From assembly GCA_964016885.1 (NCBI GenBank), contig OZ024762.1, forward strand, positions 30,008,001-30,072,000: DNA of 64,000 bases. Reading direction: 5' to 3'. Source of the stretch: Eledone cirrhosa (taxonomy: Eukaryota). The notes below the pieces were generated by a model that made no database searches, had not been told where the DNA came from, and saw nothing but the letters and a program-made list of their open reading frames with translations. The number at the start of each line of letters is the position of its first letter. Positions within the stretch are counted from its first letter, which is position 1. Positions 28,401 through 42,900 of the stretch are shown one piece after another. The translations under genes were made by a program, and so were the position numbers.

Positions 28401-31400
28401 TGTTGGTGAGAATTCATTTAAGTCATGGTATTAGTTGTCAGAAGTAACTCCAATGTTGGTGAGAATTCATTTAAGTTCATGGTACTAGCTGTCAGAAGTA
28501 ACTCTACTGTTGGTGAGAATTCATTTAAGTTCATGGTACTAGCTGTCAGAAGTAACTCCACTGTTGGTGAGAATTCATTTAAGTTCATGGTATTAGTTTG
28601 TCAGAAGTAACTCCACTGTTGGTGAGAATTCATTTAAGTTCATGGTACTAGCTGTCAGAAGTAACTCCAATGTTGGTGAGAATTCAGTTAAGTTCATGGT
28701 ATTAGTTGTCAGAAGTAACTCCACTGTTGGTGAGAATTCATTTAAGTCATGGTATTAGTTGTCAGAAGTAACTCCAATGTTGGTGAGAATTCATTTAAGT
28801 TAATGGTACTAGCTGTCAGAAGTAACTCCACTGTTGGTGAGAATTCATTTAAGTTCATGGTATTAGCTGTCAGAAGTAACTCCACTTTTGGTGAGAATTC
28901 ATTTAAGTTCATGGTATTAGTTGTCAGAAGTAACTCCACTGTTGGTGAGAATTCATTTAAGTCATGGTATTAGTTGTCAGAAGTAACTCCAATGTTGGTG
29001 AGAATTCATTTAAGTTCATGGTACTAGCTGTCAGAAGTAACTCCACTGTTGGTGAGAATTCATTTAAGTTCATGGTACTAGCTGTCAGAAGTAACTCCAC
29101 TGTTGGTGAGAATTCATTTAAGTTCATGGTATTAGTTTGTCAGAAGTAACTCCACTGTTGGTGAGAATTCATTTAAGTCATGGTATTAGTTGTCAGAAGT
29201 AACTCCAATGTTGGTGAGAAATCATTTAAGTCATGGTACTAGCTGTCAGAAGTAACTCCAATGTTGGTGAGAATTCATTTAAGTTCATGGTATTAGTTGT
29301 CAGAAGTAACTCCACTGTTGGTGAGAATTCATTTAAGTCATGGTATTAGTTGTCAGAAGTAACTCCAATGTTGGTGAGAATTCATTTAAGTTCATGGTAC
29401 TAGCTGTCAGAAGTAACTCCACTGTTGGTGAGAATTCATTTAAGTTCATGGTATTAGCTGTCAGAAGTAACTCCACTGTTGGTGAGAATTCATTTAAGTT
29501 CATGGTATTAGTTGTCAGAAGTAACTCCACTGTTGGTGAGAATTCATTTAAGTCATGGTATTAGTTGTCAGAAGTAACTCCAATGTTGGTGAGAATTCAT
29601 TTAAGTTCATGGTACTAGCTGTCAGAAGTAACTCTACTGTTGGTGAGAATTCATTTAAGTTCATGGTACTAGCTGTCAGAAGTAACTCCACTGTTGGTGA
29701 GAATTCATTTAAGTTCATGGTATTAGTTTGTCAGAAGTAACTCCACTGTTGGTGAGAATTCATTTAAGTCATGGTACTAGCTGTCAGAAGTAACTCCAAT
29801 GTTGGTGAGAATTCAGTTAAGTTCATGGTATTAGTTGTCAGAAGTAACTCCACTGTTGGTGAGAATTCATTTAAGTCATGGTATTAGTTGTCAGAAGTAA
29901 CTCCAATGTTGGTGAGAATTCATTTAAGTTCATGGTACTAGCTGTCAGAAGTAACTCCACTGTTGGTGAGAATTCATTTAAGTTCATGGTATTAGTTGTC
30001 AGAAGTAACTCCACTGTTGGTGAGAATTCATTTAAGTCATGGTATTAGTTGTCAGAAGTAACTCCAATGTTGGTGAGAATTCATTTAAGTTCATGGTACT
30101 AGCTGTCAGAAGTAACTCCACTGTTGGTGAGAATTCATTTAAGTTCATGGTACTAGCTGTCAGAAGTAACTCCACTGTTGGTGAGAATTCATTTAAGTTC
30201 ATGGTATTAGTTTGTCAGAAGTAACTCCACTGTTGGTGAGAATTCATTTAAGTCATGGTATTAGTTGTCAGAAGTAACTCCAATGTTGGTGAGAAATCAT
30301 TTAAGTCATGGTACTAGCTGTCAGAAGTAACTCCAATGTTGGTGAGAATTCATTTAAGTTCATGGTATTAGCTGTCAGAAGGAACTCCACTGTTGGTGAG
30401 AATTCATTTAACTTCATGGTATTAGCTGTCAGAAGTAACTCCACTGTTGGTGAGAATTCATTTAAGTTCATGGTACTAGCTGTCAGAAATAACTCCACTG
30501 TTGGTGAGAATTCAGTTAAGTTCATGGTATTAGTTGTCAGAAGTAACTCCACTGTTGGTGAGAATTAATTTAAATCATGGTATTAGTTGTCAGAAGTAAC
30601 TCCAATGTTGGTGAGAATTCATTTAAGTTCATGGTACTAGCTGTCAGAAGTAACTCCACTGTTGGTGAGAATTCATTTAAGTTCATGGTATTAGCTGTCA
30701 GAAGTAACTCCACTGTTGGTGAGAATTCATTTAAGTTCATGGTATTAGTTGTCAGAAGTAACTCCACTGTTGGTGAGAATTCATTTAAGTTCATGGTATT
30801 AGCTGTCAGAAGTAACTTCACTGTTGGTGAGAATTCATTTAAGTTCATGGTATTAGTTGTCAGAAGTAACTCCACTGTTGGTGAGAATTCATTTAAGTCA
30901 TGGTATTAGTTGTCAGAAGTAACTCCAATGTTGGTGAGAATTCATTTAAGTTCATGGTACTAGCTGTCAGAAGTAACTCCACTGTTGGTGAGAATTCATT
31001 TAAGTTCATGGTATTAGCTGTCAGAAGTAACTCCACTGTTGGTGAGAATTCATTTAAGTTCATGGTATTAGTTGTCAGAAGTAACTCCACTGTTGGTGAG
31101 AATTCATTTAAGTCATGGTATTAGTTGTCAGAAGTAACTCCAATGTTGGTGAGAATTCATTTAAGTTCATGGTACTAGCTGTCAGAAGTAACTCTTCTGT
31201 TGGTGAGAATTCATTTAAGTTCATGGTACTAGCTGTCAGAAGTAACTCCACTGTTGGTGAGAATTCATTTAAGTTCATGGTATTAGTTTGTCAGAAGTAA
31301 CTCCACTGTTGGTGAGAATTCATTTAAGTCATGGTACTAGCTGTCAGAAGTAACTCCAATGTTGGTGAGAATTCAGTTAAGTTCATGGTATTAGTTGTCA

Positions 31401-33420
31401 GAAGTAACTCCACTGTTGGTGAGAATTCATTTAAGTCATGGTATTAGTTGTCAGAAGTAACTCCAATGTTGGTGAGAATTCATTTAAGTTCATGGTACTA
31501 GCTGTCAGAAGTAACTCCACTGTTGGTGAGAATTCATTTAAGTTCATGGTATTAGCTGTCAGAAGTAACTCCACTTTTGGTGAGAATTCATTTAAGTTCA
31601 TGGTATTAGTTGTCAGAAGTAACTCCACTGTTGGTGAGAATTCATTTAAGTCATGGTATTAGTTGTCAGAAGTAACTCCAATGTTGGTGAGAATTCATTT
31701 AAGTTCATGGTACTAGCTGTCAGAAGTAACTCCACTGTTGGTGAGAATTCATTTAAGTTCATGGTACTAGCTGTCAGAAGTAACTCCACTGTTGGTGAGA
31801 ATTCATTTAAGTTCATGGTATTAGTTTGTCAGAAGTAACTCCACTGTTGGTGAGAATTCATTTAAGTCATGGTATTAGTTGTCAGAAGTAACTCCAATGT
31901 TGGTGAGAAATCATTTAAGTCATGGTACTAGCTGTCAGAAGTAACTCCAATGTTGGTGAGAATTCATTTAAGTTCATGGTATTAGTTGTCAGAAGTAACT
32001 CCACTGTTGGTGAGAATTCATTTAAGTCATGGTATTAGTTGTCAGAAGTAACTCCAATGTTGGTGAGAATTCATTTAAGTTCATGGTATTAGCTGTCAGA
32101 AGGAACTCCACTGTTGGTGAGAATTCATTTAAGTTCATGGTATTAGCTGTCAGAAGTAACTCCACTGTTGGTGAGAATTCATTTAAGTTCATGGTATTAG
32201 TTGTCAGAAGTAACTCCACTGTTGGTGAGAATTCATTTAAGTCATGGTATTAGTTGTCAGAAGTAACTCCAATGTTGGTGAGAATTCATTTAAGTTCATG
32301 GTACTAGCTGTCAGAAGTAACTCTACTGTTGGTGAGAATTCATTTAAGTTCATGGTACTAGCTGTCAGAAGTAACTCCACTGTTGGTGAGAATTCATTTA
32401 AGTTCATGGTATTAGTTTGTCAGAAGTAACTCCACTGTTGGTGAGAATTCATTTAAGTCATGGTACTAGCTGTCAGAAGTAACTCCAATGTTGGTGAGAA
32501 TTCAGTTAAGTTCATGGTATTAGTTGTCAGAAGTAACTCCACTGTTGGTGAGAATTCATTTAAGTCATGGTATTAGTTGTCAGAAGTAACTCCAATGTTG
32601 GTGAGAATTCATTTAAGTTCATGGTACTAGCTGTCAGAAGTAACTCCACTGTTGGTGAGAATTCATTTAAGTTCATGGTATTAGCTGTCAGAAGTAACTC
32701 CACTGTTGGTGAGAATTCATTTAAGTTCATGGTATTAGTTGTCAGAAGTAACTCCACTGTTGGTGAGAATTCATTTAAGTCATGGTATTAGTTGTCAGAA
32801 GTAACTCCAATGTTGGTGAGAATTCATTTAAGTTCATGGTACTAGCTGTCAGAAGTAACTCCACTGTTGGTGAGAATTCATTTAAGTTCATGGTACTAGC
32901 TGTCAGAAGTAACTCCACTGTTGGTGAGAATTCATTTAATTTCATGGTATTAGTTTGTCAGAAGTAACTCCACTGTTGGTGAGAATTCATTTAAGTCATG
33001 GTATTAGTTGTCAGAAGTAACTCCAATGTTGGTGAGAATTCATTTAAGTTCATGGTATTAGCTGTCAGAAGGAACTCCACTGTTGGTGAGAATTCATTTA
33101 ACTTCATGGTATTAGCTGTCAGAAGTAACTCCACTGTTGGTGAGAATTCATTTAAGTTCATGGTACTAGCTGTCAGAAATAACTCCACTGTTGGTGAGAA
33201 TTCAGTTAAGTTCATGGTATTAGTTGTCAGAAGTAACTCCACTGTTGGTGAGAATTAATTTAAATCATGGTATTAGTTGTCAGAAGTAACTCCAATGTTG
33301 GTGAGAATTCATTTAAATTCATGGTACTAGCTGTCAGAAGTAACTCCACTGTTGGTGAGAATTCATTTAAGTTCATGGTATTAGCTGTCAGAAGTAACTC
33401 CACTGTTGGTGAGAATTCAT
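28050..33420. repeat. Tandem duplication of a ~2689-bp (50-monomer) block, 2 copies with internal monomer indels
   Basis: Offsets 2689-2690: ORFs 28210/30900, 28425/31115, 28749/31438, 29340/32029, 30308/32998; variants ccacttttgg 28882/31571 and ttaacttcatg ~30410/33100. Confidence 0.85.
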
Positions 33421-36400
33421 TTAAGTCATGGTACTAGCTGTCAGAAGTAACTCCACTGTTGGTGAGAATTCATTTAAGTTCATGGTACTAGCTGTCAGAA
33501 GTAACTCCACTGTTGGTGAGAATTCATTTAAGTTCATGGTACTAGCTGTCAGAAGTAACTCCACTGTTGGTGAGAATTCATTTAAGTTCATGGTACTAGC
33601 TGTCAGAAGTAACTCCACTGTTGGTGAGAATTCATTTAAGTTCATGGTATTAGTTGTCAGAAGTAACTTCACTGTTTGTGAGAATTCATTTAAGTTCATG
33701 GTATTAGCTGTCAGAAGTAACTCCACTGTTGGTTAGAATTCATTTAAGTTCATGGTATTAGCTGTCAGAAGTCACTCAACTGTTGGTGAGAATTCATTTA
33801 AGTTCATGGTACTAGCTGTCAGAAGTAACCCCAATGTTGGTGAGAATTCATTTAAGTTGATGGTATTAGCTGTCAGAAGTCACTCCACTGTTGGTGAGAA
33901 TTCATTTAAGTTCATGGTATTAGCTGTCAGAAGTAACTCCACTGTTGGTGAGAATTCATTTAAGTTCATGGTATTAGCTGTCAGAAGGAACTCCAATGTT
34001 GGTGAGAATTCATTTAAGTCATGGTACTAGCTGTCAGAAGTAACTCCACTGTTGGTGAGAATTCATTTAAGTTCATGGTATTAGCTGTCAGAAGGAACGC
34101 CACTGTTGGTGAGAATTCATTTAAGTTCATGGTATTAGCTGTCAGAAGTAACTCCACTATTGGTGAGAATTCATTTAAGTTCATGGTACTAGCTGTCAGA
34201 AGTAACTCCAATGTTGGTGAGAATTCATTTAAGTTCATGGTATTAGCTGTCAGAAGGAACTCCACTGTTGGTGAGAATTCATTTAAGTTCATGGTATTAG
34301 CTGTCAGAAGTAACTCCACTGTTGGTGAGAATTCATTTAAGTTCATGGTACTAGTTGTCAGAAGTAACTCCACTGTTGGTGAGAATTCATTTAAGTTCAT
34401 GGTATTATTTGTCAGAAGTAACTCCACTGTTGGTGAGAATTCATTTAAGTCATGGTATTAGTTGTCAGAAGTGACTCCAATGTTGGTGAGAATTCATTTA
34501 AGTTCATGGTACTAGCTGTCAGAAGTAACTCCACTGTTGGTGAGAATTCGTTTAAGTTCATGGTATTAGCTGTCAGAAGTAACTCCACTGTTGGTGAGAA
34601 TTCATTTAAGTTCATGGTATTAGTTGTCAGAAGTAACTCCACTGTTGGTGAGAATTCATTTAAGTCATGGTATTAGTTGTCAGAAGTAACTCCAATGTTG
34701 GTGAGAATTCATTTAAGTTCATGGTACTAGCTGTCAGAAGTAACTCCACTGTTGGTGAGAATTCATTTAAGTTCATGGTATTAGCTGTCAGAAGTAACTC
34801 CACTGTTGGTGAGAATTCATTTAAGTTCATGGTATTAGTTGTCAGAAGTAACTCCACTGTTGGTAAGAATTCATTTAAGTCATGGTATTAGTTGTCAGAA
34901 GTAACTCCAATGTTGGTGAGAATTCATTTAAGTTCATGGTACTAGCTGTCAGAAGTAACTCTACTGTTGGTGAGAATTCATTTAAGTTCATGGTACTAGC
35001 TGTCAGAAGTAACTCCACTGTTGGTGAGAATTCATTTAAGTTCATGGTATTAGTTTGTCAGAAGTAACTCCACTGTTGGTGAGAATTCATTTAAGTCATG
35101 GTACTAGCTGTCAGAAGTAACTCCAATGTTGGTGAGAATTCAGTTAAGTTCATGGTATTAGTTGTCAGAAGTAACTCCACTGTTGGTGAGAATTAATTTA
35201 AATCATGGTATTAGTTGTCAGAAGTAACTCCAATGTTGGTGAGAATTCATTTAAGTTCATGGTACTAGCTGTCAGAAGTAACTCCACTGTTGGTGAGAAT
35301 TCATTTAAGTTCATGGTATTAGCTGTCAGAAGTAACTCCACTGTTGGTGAGAATTCATTTAAGTCATGGTATTAGCTGTCAGAAGTAACTCCATTGTTGG
35401 TGAGAATTCATTTAAGTTCATGGTACTAGCTGTCAGAAGTAACTCCACTGTTGGTGAGAATTCATTTAAGTTCATGGTACTAGCTGTCAGAAGTAACTCC
35501 ACTGTTGGTGAGAATTCATTTAAGTTCATGGTATTAGCTGTCAGAAGGAACTCCACTGTTGGTGAGAATTCATTTAAGTTCATGGTACTAGCTGTCAGAA
35601 ATAACTCCACTGTTGGTGAGAATTCAGTTAAGTTCATGGTATTAGTTGTCAGAAGTAACTCCACTGTTGGTGAGAATTCATTTAAGTTCATGGTATTAGC
35701 TGTCAGAAGTAACTCCACTGTTGGTGAGAATTCATTTAAGTTCATGGTATTAGTTGTCAGAAGTAACTCCACTGTTGGTGAGAATTCATTTAAGTCATGG
35801 TATTAGTTGTCAGAAGTAACTCCAATGTTGGTGAGAATTCATTTAAGTTCATGGTACTAGCTGTCAGAAGTAACTCCACTGTTGGTGAGAATTCATTTAA
35901 GTTCATGGTATTAGCTGTCAGAAGTAACTCCACTGTTGGTGAGAATTCATTTAAGTTCATGGTATTAGTTGTCAGAAGTAACTCCACTGTTGGTGAGAAT
36001 TCATTTAAGTCATGGTATTAGTTGTCAGAAGTAACTCCAATGTTGGTGAGAATTCATTTAAGTTCATGGTACTAGCTGTCAGAAGTAACTCTACTGTTGG
36101 TGAGAATTCATTTAAGTTCATGGTACTAGCTGTCAGAAGTAACTCCACTGTTGGTGAGAATTCATTTAAGTTCATGGTATTAGTTTGTCAGAAGTAACTC
36201 CACTGTTGGTGAGAATTCATTTAAGTCATCGTACTAGCTGTCAGAAGTAACTCCAATGTTGGTGAGAATTCAGTTAAGTTCATGGTATTAGTTGTCAGAA
36301 GTAACTCCACTGTTGGTGAGAATTAATTTAAATCATGGTATTAGTTGTCAGAAGTAACTCCAATGTTGGTGAGAATTCATTTAAGTTCATGGTACTAGCT

Positions 36401-39400
36401 GTCAGAAGTAACTCCACTGTTGGTGAGAATTCATTTAAGTTCATGGTATTAGCTGTCAGAAGTAACTCCACTGTTGGTGAGAATTCATTTAAGTCATGGT
36501 ATTAGCTGTCAGAAGTAACTCCATTGTTGGTGAGAATTCATTTAAGTCATGGTACTAGCTGTCAGAAGTAACTCCACTGTTGGTGAGAATTCATTTAAGT
36601 TCATGGTACTAGCTGTCAGAAGTAACTCCACTGTTGGTGAGAATTCATTTAAGTTCATGGTACTAGCTGTCAGAAGTAACTCCACTGTTGGTAAGAATTC
36701 ATTTAAGTTCATGGTATTAGCTGTCAGAAGGAACTCCACTGTTGGTGAGAATTCATTTAAGTTCATGGTACTAGCTGTCAGAAATAACTCCACTGTTGGT
36801 GAGAATTCAGTTAAGTTCATGGTATTAGTTGTCAGAAGTAACTCCACTGTTGGTGAGAATTAATTTAAATCATGGTATTAGTTGTCAGAAGTAACTCCAA
36901 TGTTGGTGAGAATTCTTTTAAGTTCATGGTACTAGCTGTCAGAAGTAACTCCACTGTTGGTGAGAATTCATTTAAGTTCATGGTATTAGCTGTCAGAAGT
37001 AACTCCACTGTTGGTGAGAATTCATTTAAGTCATGGTATTAGCTGTCAGAAGTAACTCCATTGTTGGTGAGAATTCATTTAAGTCATGGTACTAGCTGTC
37101 AGAAGTAACTCCACTGTTGGTGAGAATTCATTTAAGTTCATGGTACTAGCTGTCAGAAGTAACTCCACTGTTGGTGAGAATTCATTTAAGTTCATGGTAC
37201 TAGCTGTCAGAAGTAACTTCACTGTTGGTGAGAATTCATTTAAGTTCATGGTACTAGCTGTCAGAAGTAACTCCACTGTTGGTGAGAATTCATTTAAGTT
37301 CATGGTATTAGTTGTCAGAAGTAACTTCACTGTTGGTGAGAATTCATTTAAGTCATGGTATTAGTTGTCAGATGTAACTCCAATGTTGGTGAGAATTCAT
37401 TTAAGTTCATGGTACTAGCTGTCAGAAGTAACTCCACTGTTGGTGAGAATTGATTTAAGTTCATGGTATTAGCTGTCAGAAGTAACTCCACTGTTGGTGA
37501 GAATTCATTTAAGTCATGGTATTAGCTGTCAGAAGTAACTCCATTGTTGGTGAGAATTCATTTAAGTCATGGTACTAGCTGGCAGAAGTAACTCCACTGT
37601 TGGTGAGAATTCATTTAAGTTCATGGTATTAGCTGTCAGAAGGAACTCCACTGTTGGTGAGAATTCATTTAAGTTCATGGTACTAACTGTCAGAAGTAAC
37701 TCCACAGTTGGTGAGAATTCATTTAAGTTCATGGTACTAGCTGTCAGAAGTAACTCCACTGTTGGTGAGAATTCATTTAAGTTCATGGTACTAGCTGTCA
37801 GAAGTAACTCCACTGTTGGTGAGAATTCATTTAAGTTCATGGTACTAGCTGTCAGAAGTAACTCCACTGTTGGTGAGAATTCATTTAAGTTCATGGTACT
37901 AGCTGTCAGAAGTAACTCCACTGTTGGTGAGAATTCATTTAAGTTCATGGTATTAGCAGTCAGAAGTAACTCCACTCTTGGTGAGAATTCATTTAAGTTA
38001 ATGGTACTAGCTGTCAGAAGTAATCCCAAATGTTGGTGAGAATTCATTTAAGTTCATGGTATTAGCTGTCAGAAGTCACTCCAATGTTGGTGAGAATTCA
38101 TTTAATTTCATGGTATTAGCTGTCAGAAGTCACTCCACTGTTGTTGAGAATTCATTTAAGTTCATGGTACTAGCTGTCAGAAGTAACCCCAATGTTGGTG
38201 AGAATTCATTTAAGTTCATGGTATTAGCTGTCAGAAGTCACTCCAATGTTGGTGAGAATTCATTTAAGTTCATGGTATTAGCTGTCAGAAGTAACTCCAC
38301 TGTTGGTGAGAATTCATTTAAGCTCATGGTATTAGCTGTCAGAAGTAACTCCACTGTTGGTGAGAATTCATTTAAGTTCATGGTATTAGCTGTCAGAAGG
38401 AACTCCAATGTTGGTGAGAATTCATTTAAGTCATGGTACTAGCTGTCAGAAGTAACTCCACTGTTGGTGAGAATTCATTTAAGTTCATGGTATTAGCTGT
38501 CAGAAGGAACGCCACTGTTGGTGAGAATTCATTTAAGTTCATGGTATTAGCTGTCAGAAGTAACTCCACTGTTGGTGAGAATTCATTTAAGTTCATGGTA
38601 CTAGCTGTCAGAAGTAACTCCAATGTTGGTGAGAATTCATTTAAGTTCATGGTATTAGCTGTCAGAAGGAACTCCACTGTTGGTGAGAATTCATTTAAGT
38701 TCATGGTATTAGCTGTCAGAAGTAACTCCACTGTTGGTGAGAATTCATTTAAGTTTATGGTGCTAGTTGTCAGAAGTAACTCCACTGTTGGTGAGAATTC
38801 ATTTAAGTTCATGGTATTAGTTGTCAGAAGTAACTCCACTGTTGGTGAGAATTCATTTAAGTCATGGTATTAGTTGTCAGAAGTAACTCCAATGTTGGTG
38901 AGAATTCATTTAAGTTCATGGTACTAGCTGTCAGAAGTAACTCCACTGTTGGTGAGAGTTCATTTAAGTTCATGGTATTAGCTGTCAGTAGTAACTCCAT
39001 TGTTGGTGAGAATTCATTTAAGTCATGGTACTAGCTGTCAGAAGTAACTCCACTGTTGGTGAGAATTCATTTAAGTTCATGGTATTAGCTGTCAGAAGGA
39101 ACTCCACTGTTGGTGAGAATTCATTTAAGTTCATGGTACTAGCTGTCAGAAGTAACTCCAATGTTGGTGAGAATTCATTTAAGTTCATGGTATTAGCTGT
39201 CAGAAGGAACTCCACTGTTGGTGAGAATTCATTTAAGTTCATGGTATTAGCTGTCAGAAGTAACTCCACTGTTGGTGAGAATTCATTTAAGTTCATGGTA
39301 TTAGCTGTCAGAAATAACTCCACTGTTGGTGAGAATTCATTTAAGTCATGGTATTAGCTGTCAGAAGTAACTCCAATGTTGGTGAGAATTCATTTAAGTT

Positions 39401-39919
39401 CATGGTATTAGCTGTCAGAAGTAACTCCACTGTTGGTGAGAATTCATTTAAGTTCATGGTATTAGCTGTCAGAAGTAACTCCACTGTTGGTGAGAATTCA
39501 TTTAAGTTCATGGTACTAGCTGTCAGAAGTAACTCCGCTGTTGGTGAGAATTCATTTAAGTTCATGGTATTAGTTTGTCAGAAGTAACTCCACTGTTGGT
39601 GAGAATTCATTTAAGTCATGGTATTAGTTGTCAGAAGTAACTCCAATGTTGGTGAGAATTCATTTAAGTTCATGGTACTAGCTGTCAGAAGGAACTCCAC
39701 TGTTGGTGAGAATTCATTTAAGTTCATGGTATTAGCTGTCAGAAGTAACTCCACTGTTGGTGAGAATTCATTTAAGTCATGGTATTAGCTGTCAGATGTA
39801 ACTCCAATGTTGGTGAGAATTCATTTAAGTCATGGTACTAGCTGTCAGAAGTAACTCCAATGTTGGTGAGAATTCATTTAAGTTCATGTTATTAGCTGTC
39901 AGAAGGAACTCCACTGTTG

Positions 39920-42900
39920 GTGAGAATTCATTTAAGTTCATGGTATTAGCTGTCAGAAGTAACTCCACTGTTGGTGAGAATTCATTTAAGTTCATGGTAC
40001 TAGCTGTCAGAAGTAACTCCACTGTTGGTGAGAATTCAGTTAAGTTCATGGTACTAGCTGTCAGAAGTAACTCCACTGTTGGTGAGAATTCAGTTAAGTT
40101 CATGGTATTAGCTGTCAGAAGGAACTCCACTGTTGGTGAGAATTCATTTAAGTTCATGGTATTAGCTGTCAGAAGTAACTCCACTGTTGGTGAGAATTCA
40201 TTTAAGTTCATGGTACTAGCTGTCAGAAGTAACTCCACTGTTGGTGAGAATTCATTTAAGTTCATGGTACTAGCTGTCAGAAGTAACTCCACTGTTGGTG
40301 AGAATTCAGTTAAGTTCATGGTATTAGTTGTCAGAAGTAACTCCACTGTTGGTGAGAATTCATTTAAATCATGGTATTAGTTGTCAGAAGTAACTCCAAT
40401 GTTGGTGAGAATTCATTTAAGTTCATGGTACTAGCTGTCAGAAGTAACTCCACTGTTGGTGAGAATTCATTTAAGTTCATGGTATTAGCTGTCAGAAGTA
40501 ACTCCACTGTTGGTGAGAATTCATTTAAGTCATGGTATTAGCTGTCAGAAGTAACTCCATTGTTGGTGAGAATTCATTTAAGTCATGGTACTAGCTGTCA
40601 GAAGTAACTCCACTGTTGGTGAGAATTCATTTAAGTTCATGGTATTAGCTGTCAGAAGGAACTCCACTGTTGGTGAGAATTCATTTAAGTTCATGGTATT
40701 AGCTGTCAGAAGTAACTCCACTGTTGGTGAGAATTCATTTTAGTTCATGGTACTAGCTGTCAGAAGTAACTCCACTGTTGGTGAGAATTCATTTAAGTTC
40801 ATGGTACTAGCTGTCAGAAGGAACTCCAATGTTGGTGAGAATTCATTTAAGTCATGGTACTAGCTGTCAGAAGTAACTCCACTGTTGGTGAGAATTCGTT
40901 TAAGTTCATGGTATTAGCTGTCAGAAGGAACTCCACTGTTGGTGAGAATTCAGTTAAGTTCATGGTATTAGTTGTCAGAAGTAACTCCACTGTTGGTGAG
41001 AATTCATTTAAATCATGGTATTAGTTGTCAGAAGTAACTCCAATGTTGGTGAGAATTCATTTAAGTTCATGGTACTAGCTGTCAGAAGTAACTCCACTGT
41101 TGGTGAGAATTCATTTAAGTTCATGGTATTAGCTGTCAGAAGTAACTCCACTGTTGGTGAGAATTCATTTAAGTCATGGTATTAGCTGTCAGAAGTAACT
41201 CCATTGTTGGTGAGAATTCATTTAAGTCATGGTACTAGCTGTCAGAAGTAACTCCACTGTTGGTGAGAATTCATTTAAGTTCATGGTATTAGCTGTCAGA
41301 AGGAACTCCACTGTTGGTGAGAATTCATTTAAGTTCATGGTATTAGCTGTCAGAAGTAACTCCACTGTTGGTGAGAATTCATTTAAGTTCATGGTATTAG
41401 CTGTCAGAAGTAACTCCACTGTTGGTGAGAATTCATTTAAGTTCATGGTACTAGCTGTCAGAAGTAACTCCACTGTTGGTGAGAATTCATTTAAGTTCAT
41501 GGTATTAGCTGTCAGAAGTAACTCCACTGTTGGTGAGAATACATTTAAGTCATGGTTTTAGCTATCAGAAGTAACTCCATTGTTGGTGAGAATTCATTTA
41601 TGTCATGGTACTAGCTGTCAGAAGTAACTCCACTGTTGGTGAGAATTCATTTAAGTTCATGGTACTAGCTGTCAGAAGTAACTCCACTGTTGGTGAGAAT
41701 TCAGTTAAGTTCATGGTATTAGTTGTCAGAAGTAACTCCACTGTTGGTGAGAATTCATTTAAATCATGGTATTAGTTGTCAGAAGTAACTCCAATGTTGG
41801 TGAGAATTCATTTAAGTTCATGGTACTAGCTGTCAGAAGTAACTCCACTGTTGGTGAGAATTCATTTAAGTTCATGGTATTAGCTGTCAGAAGTAACTCC
41901 ACTGTTGGTGAGAATTCATTTAAGTCATGGTATTAGCTGTCAGAAGTAACTCCATTGTTGGTGAGAATTCATTTAAGTCATGGTACTAGCTGTCAGAAGT
42001 AACTCCACTGTTGGTGAGAATTCATTTAATTTCATGGTATTAGCTGTCAGAAGGAACTCCACTGTTGGTGAGAATTCATTTAAGTTCATGGTATTAGCTG
42101 TCAGAAGTAACTCCACTGTTGGTGAGAATTCATTTTAGTTCATGGTACTAGCTGTCAGAAGTAACTCCACTGTTGGTGAGAATTCATTTAAGTTCATGTT
42201 ACTAGCTGTCAGAAGGAACTCCACTGTTGGTGAGAATTCATTTAAGTTCATGGTGCTAGCTGTCAGAAGTAACTCCGCTGTTGGTGAGAATTCATTTAAG
42301 TTCATGGTATTAGTTTGTCAGAAGTAACTCCACTGTTGGTGAGAATTCATTTAAGTCATGGTATTAGTTGTCAGAAGTAACTCCAATGTTGGTGAGAATT
42401 CATTTAAGTTCATGGTACTAGCTGTCAGAAGGAACTCCACTGTTGGTGAGAATTCATTTAAGTTCATGGTATTAGCTGTCAGAAGTAACTCCACTGTTGG
42501 TGAGAATTCATTTAAGTCATGGTATTAGCTGTCAGAAGTAACTCCAATGTTGGTGAGAATTCATTTAAGTCATGGTACTAGCTGTCAGAAGTAACTCCAA
42601 TGTTGGTGAGAATTCATTTAAGTTCATGTTATTAGCTGTCAGAAGGAACTCCTCTGTTGGTGAGAATTCATTTAAGTTCATGGTATTAGCTGTCAGAAGT
42701 AACTCCACTGTTGGTGAGAATTCATTTAAGTTCATGGTACTAGCTGTCAGAAGTAACTCCACTGTTGGTGAGAATTCATTTAAGTTCATGGTACTAGCTG
42801 TCAGAAGTAACTCCACTGTTGGTGAGAATTCATTTAAGTTCATGGTACTAGCTGTCAGAAGTAACTCCACTGTTGGTGAGAATTCATTTAAGTTCATGGT

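Larger units (their letters stand above)
16640..36200. repeat. Domain rich in a 215-bp 4-monomer higher-order repeat (3x54+53)
   Basis: ORF starts spaced exactly 215 bp: 16658/16873, 22567/22782, 23803/24018/24233, 26114/26329, 28210/28425, 30900/31115, 34452/34667/34882, 35797/36012. Unit order: (tta-gtt, ccaAt), (cta-gct), (tta-gct), (tta-gtt + T deletion). Confidence 0.85.

Noticed and set aside
40894-40910. CENP-B box at the attcgtttaag variant (also about 34547, 43312, 47824, 52559, 57132, 59549)
   Set aside because: It matches the TTCG....A half but lacks the required CGGG (reads TCAT).
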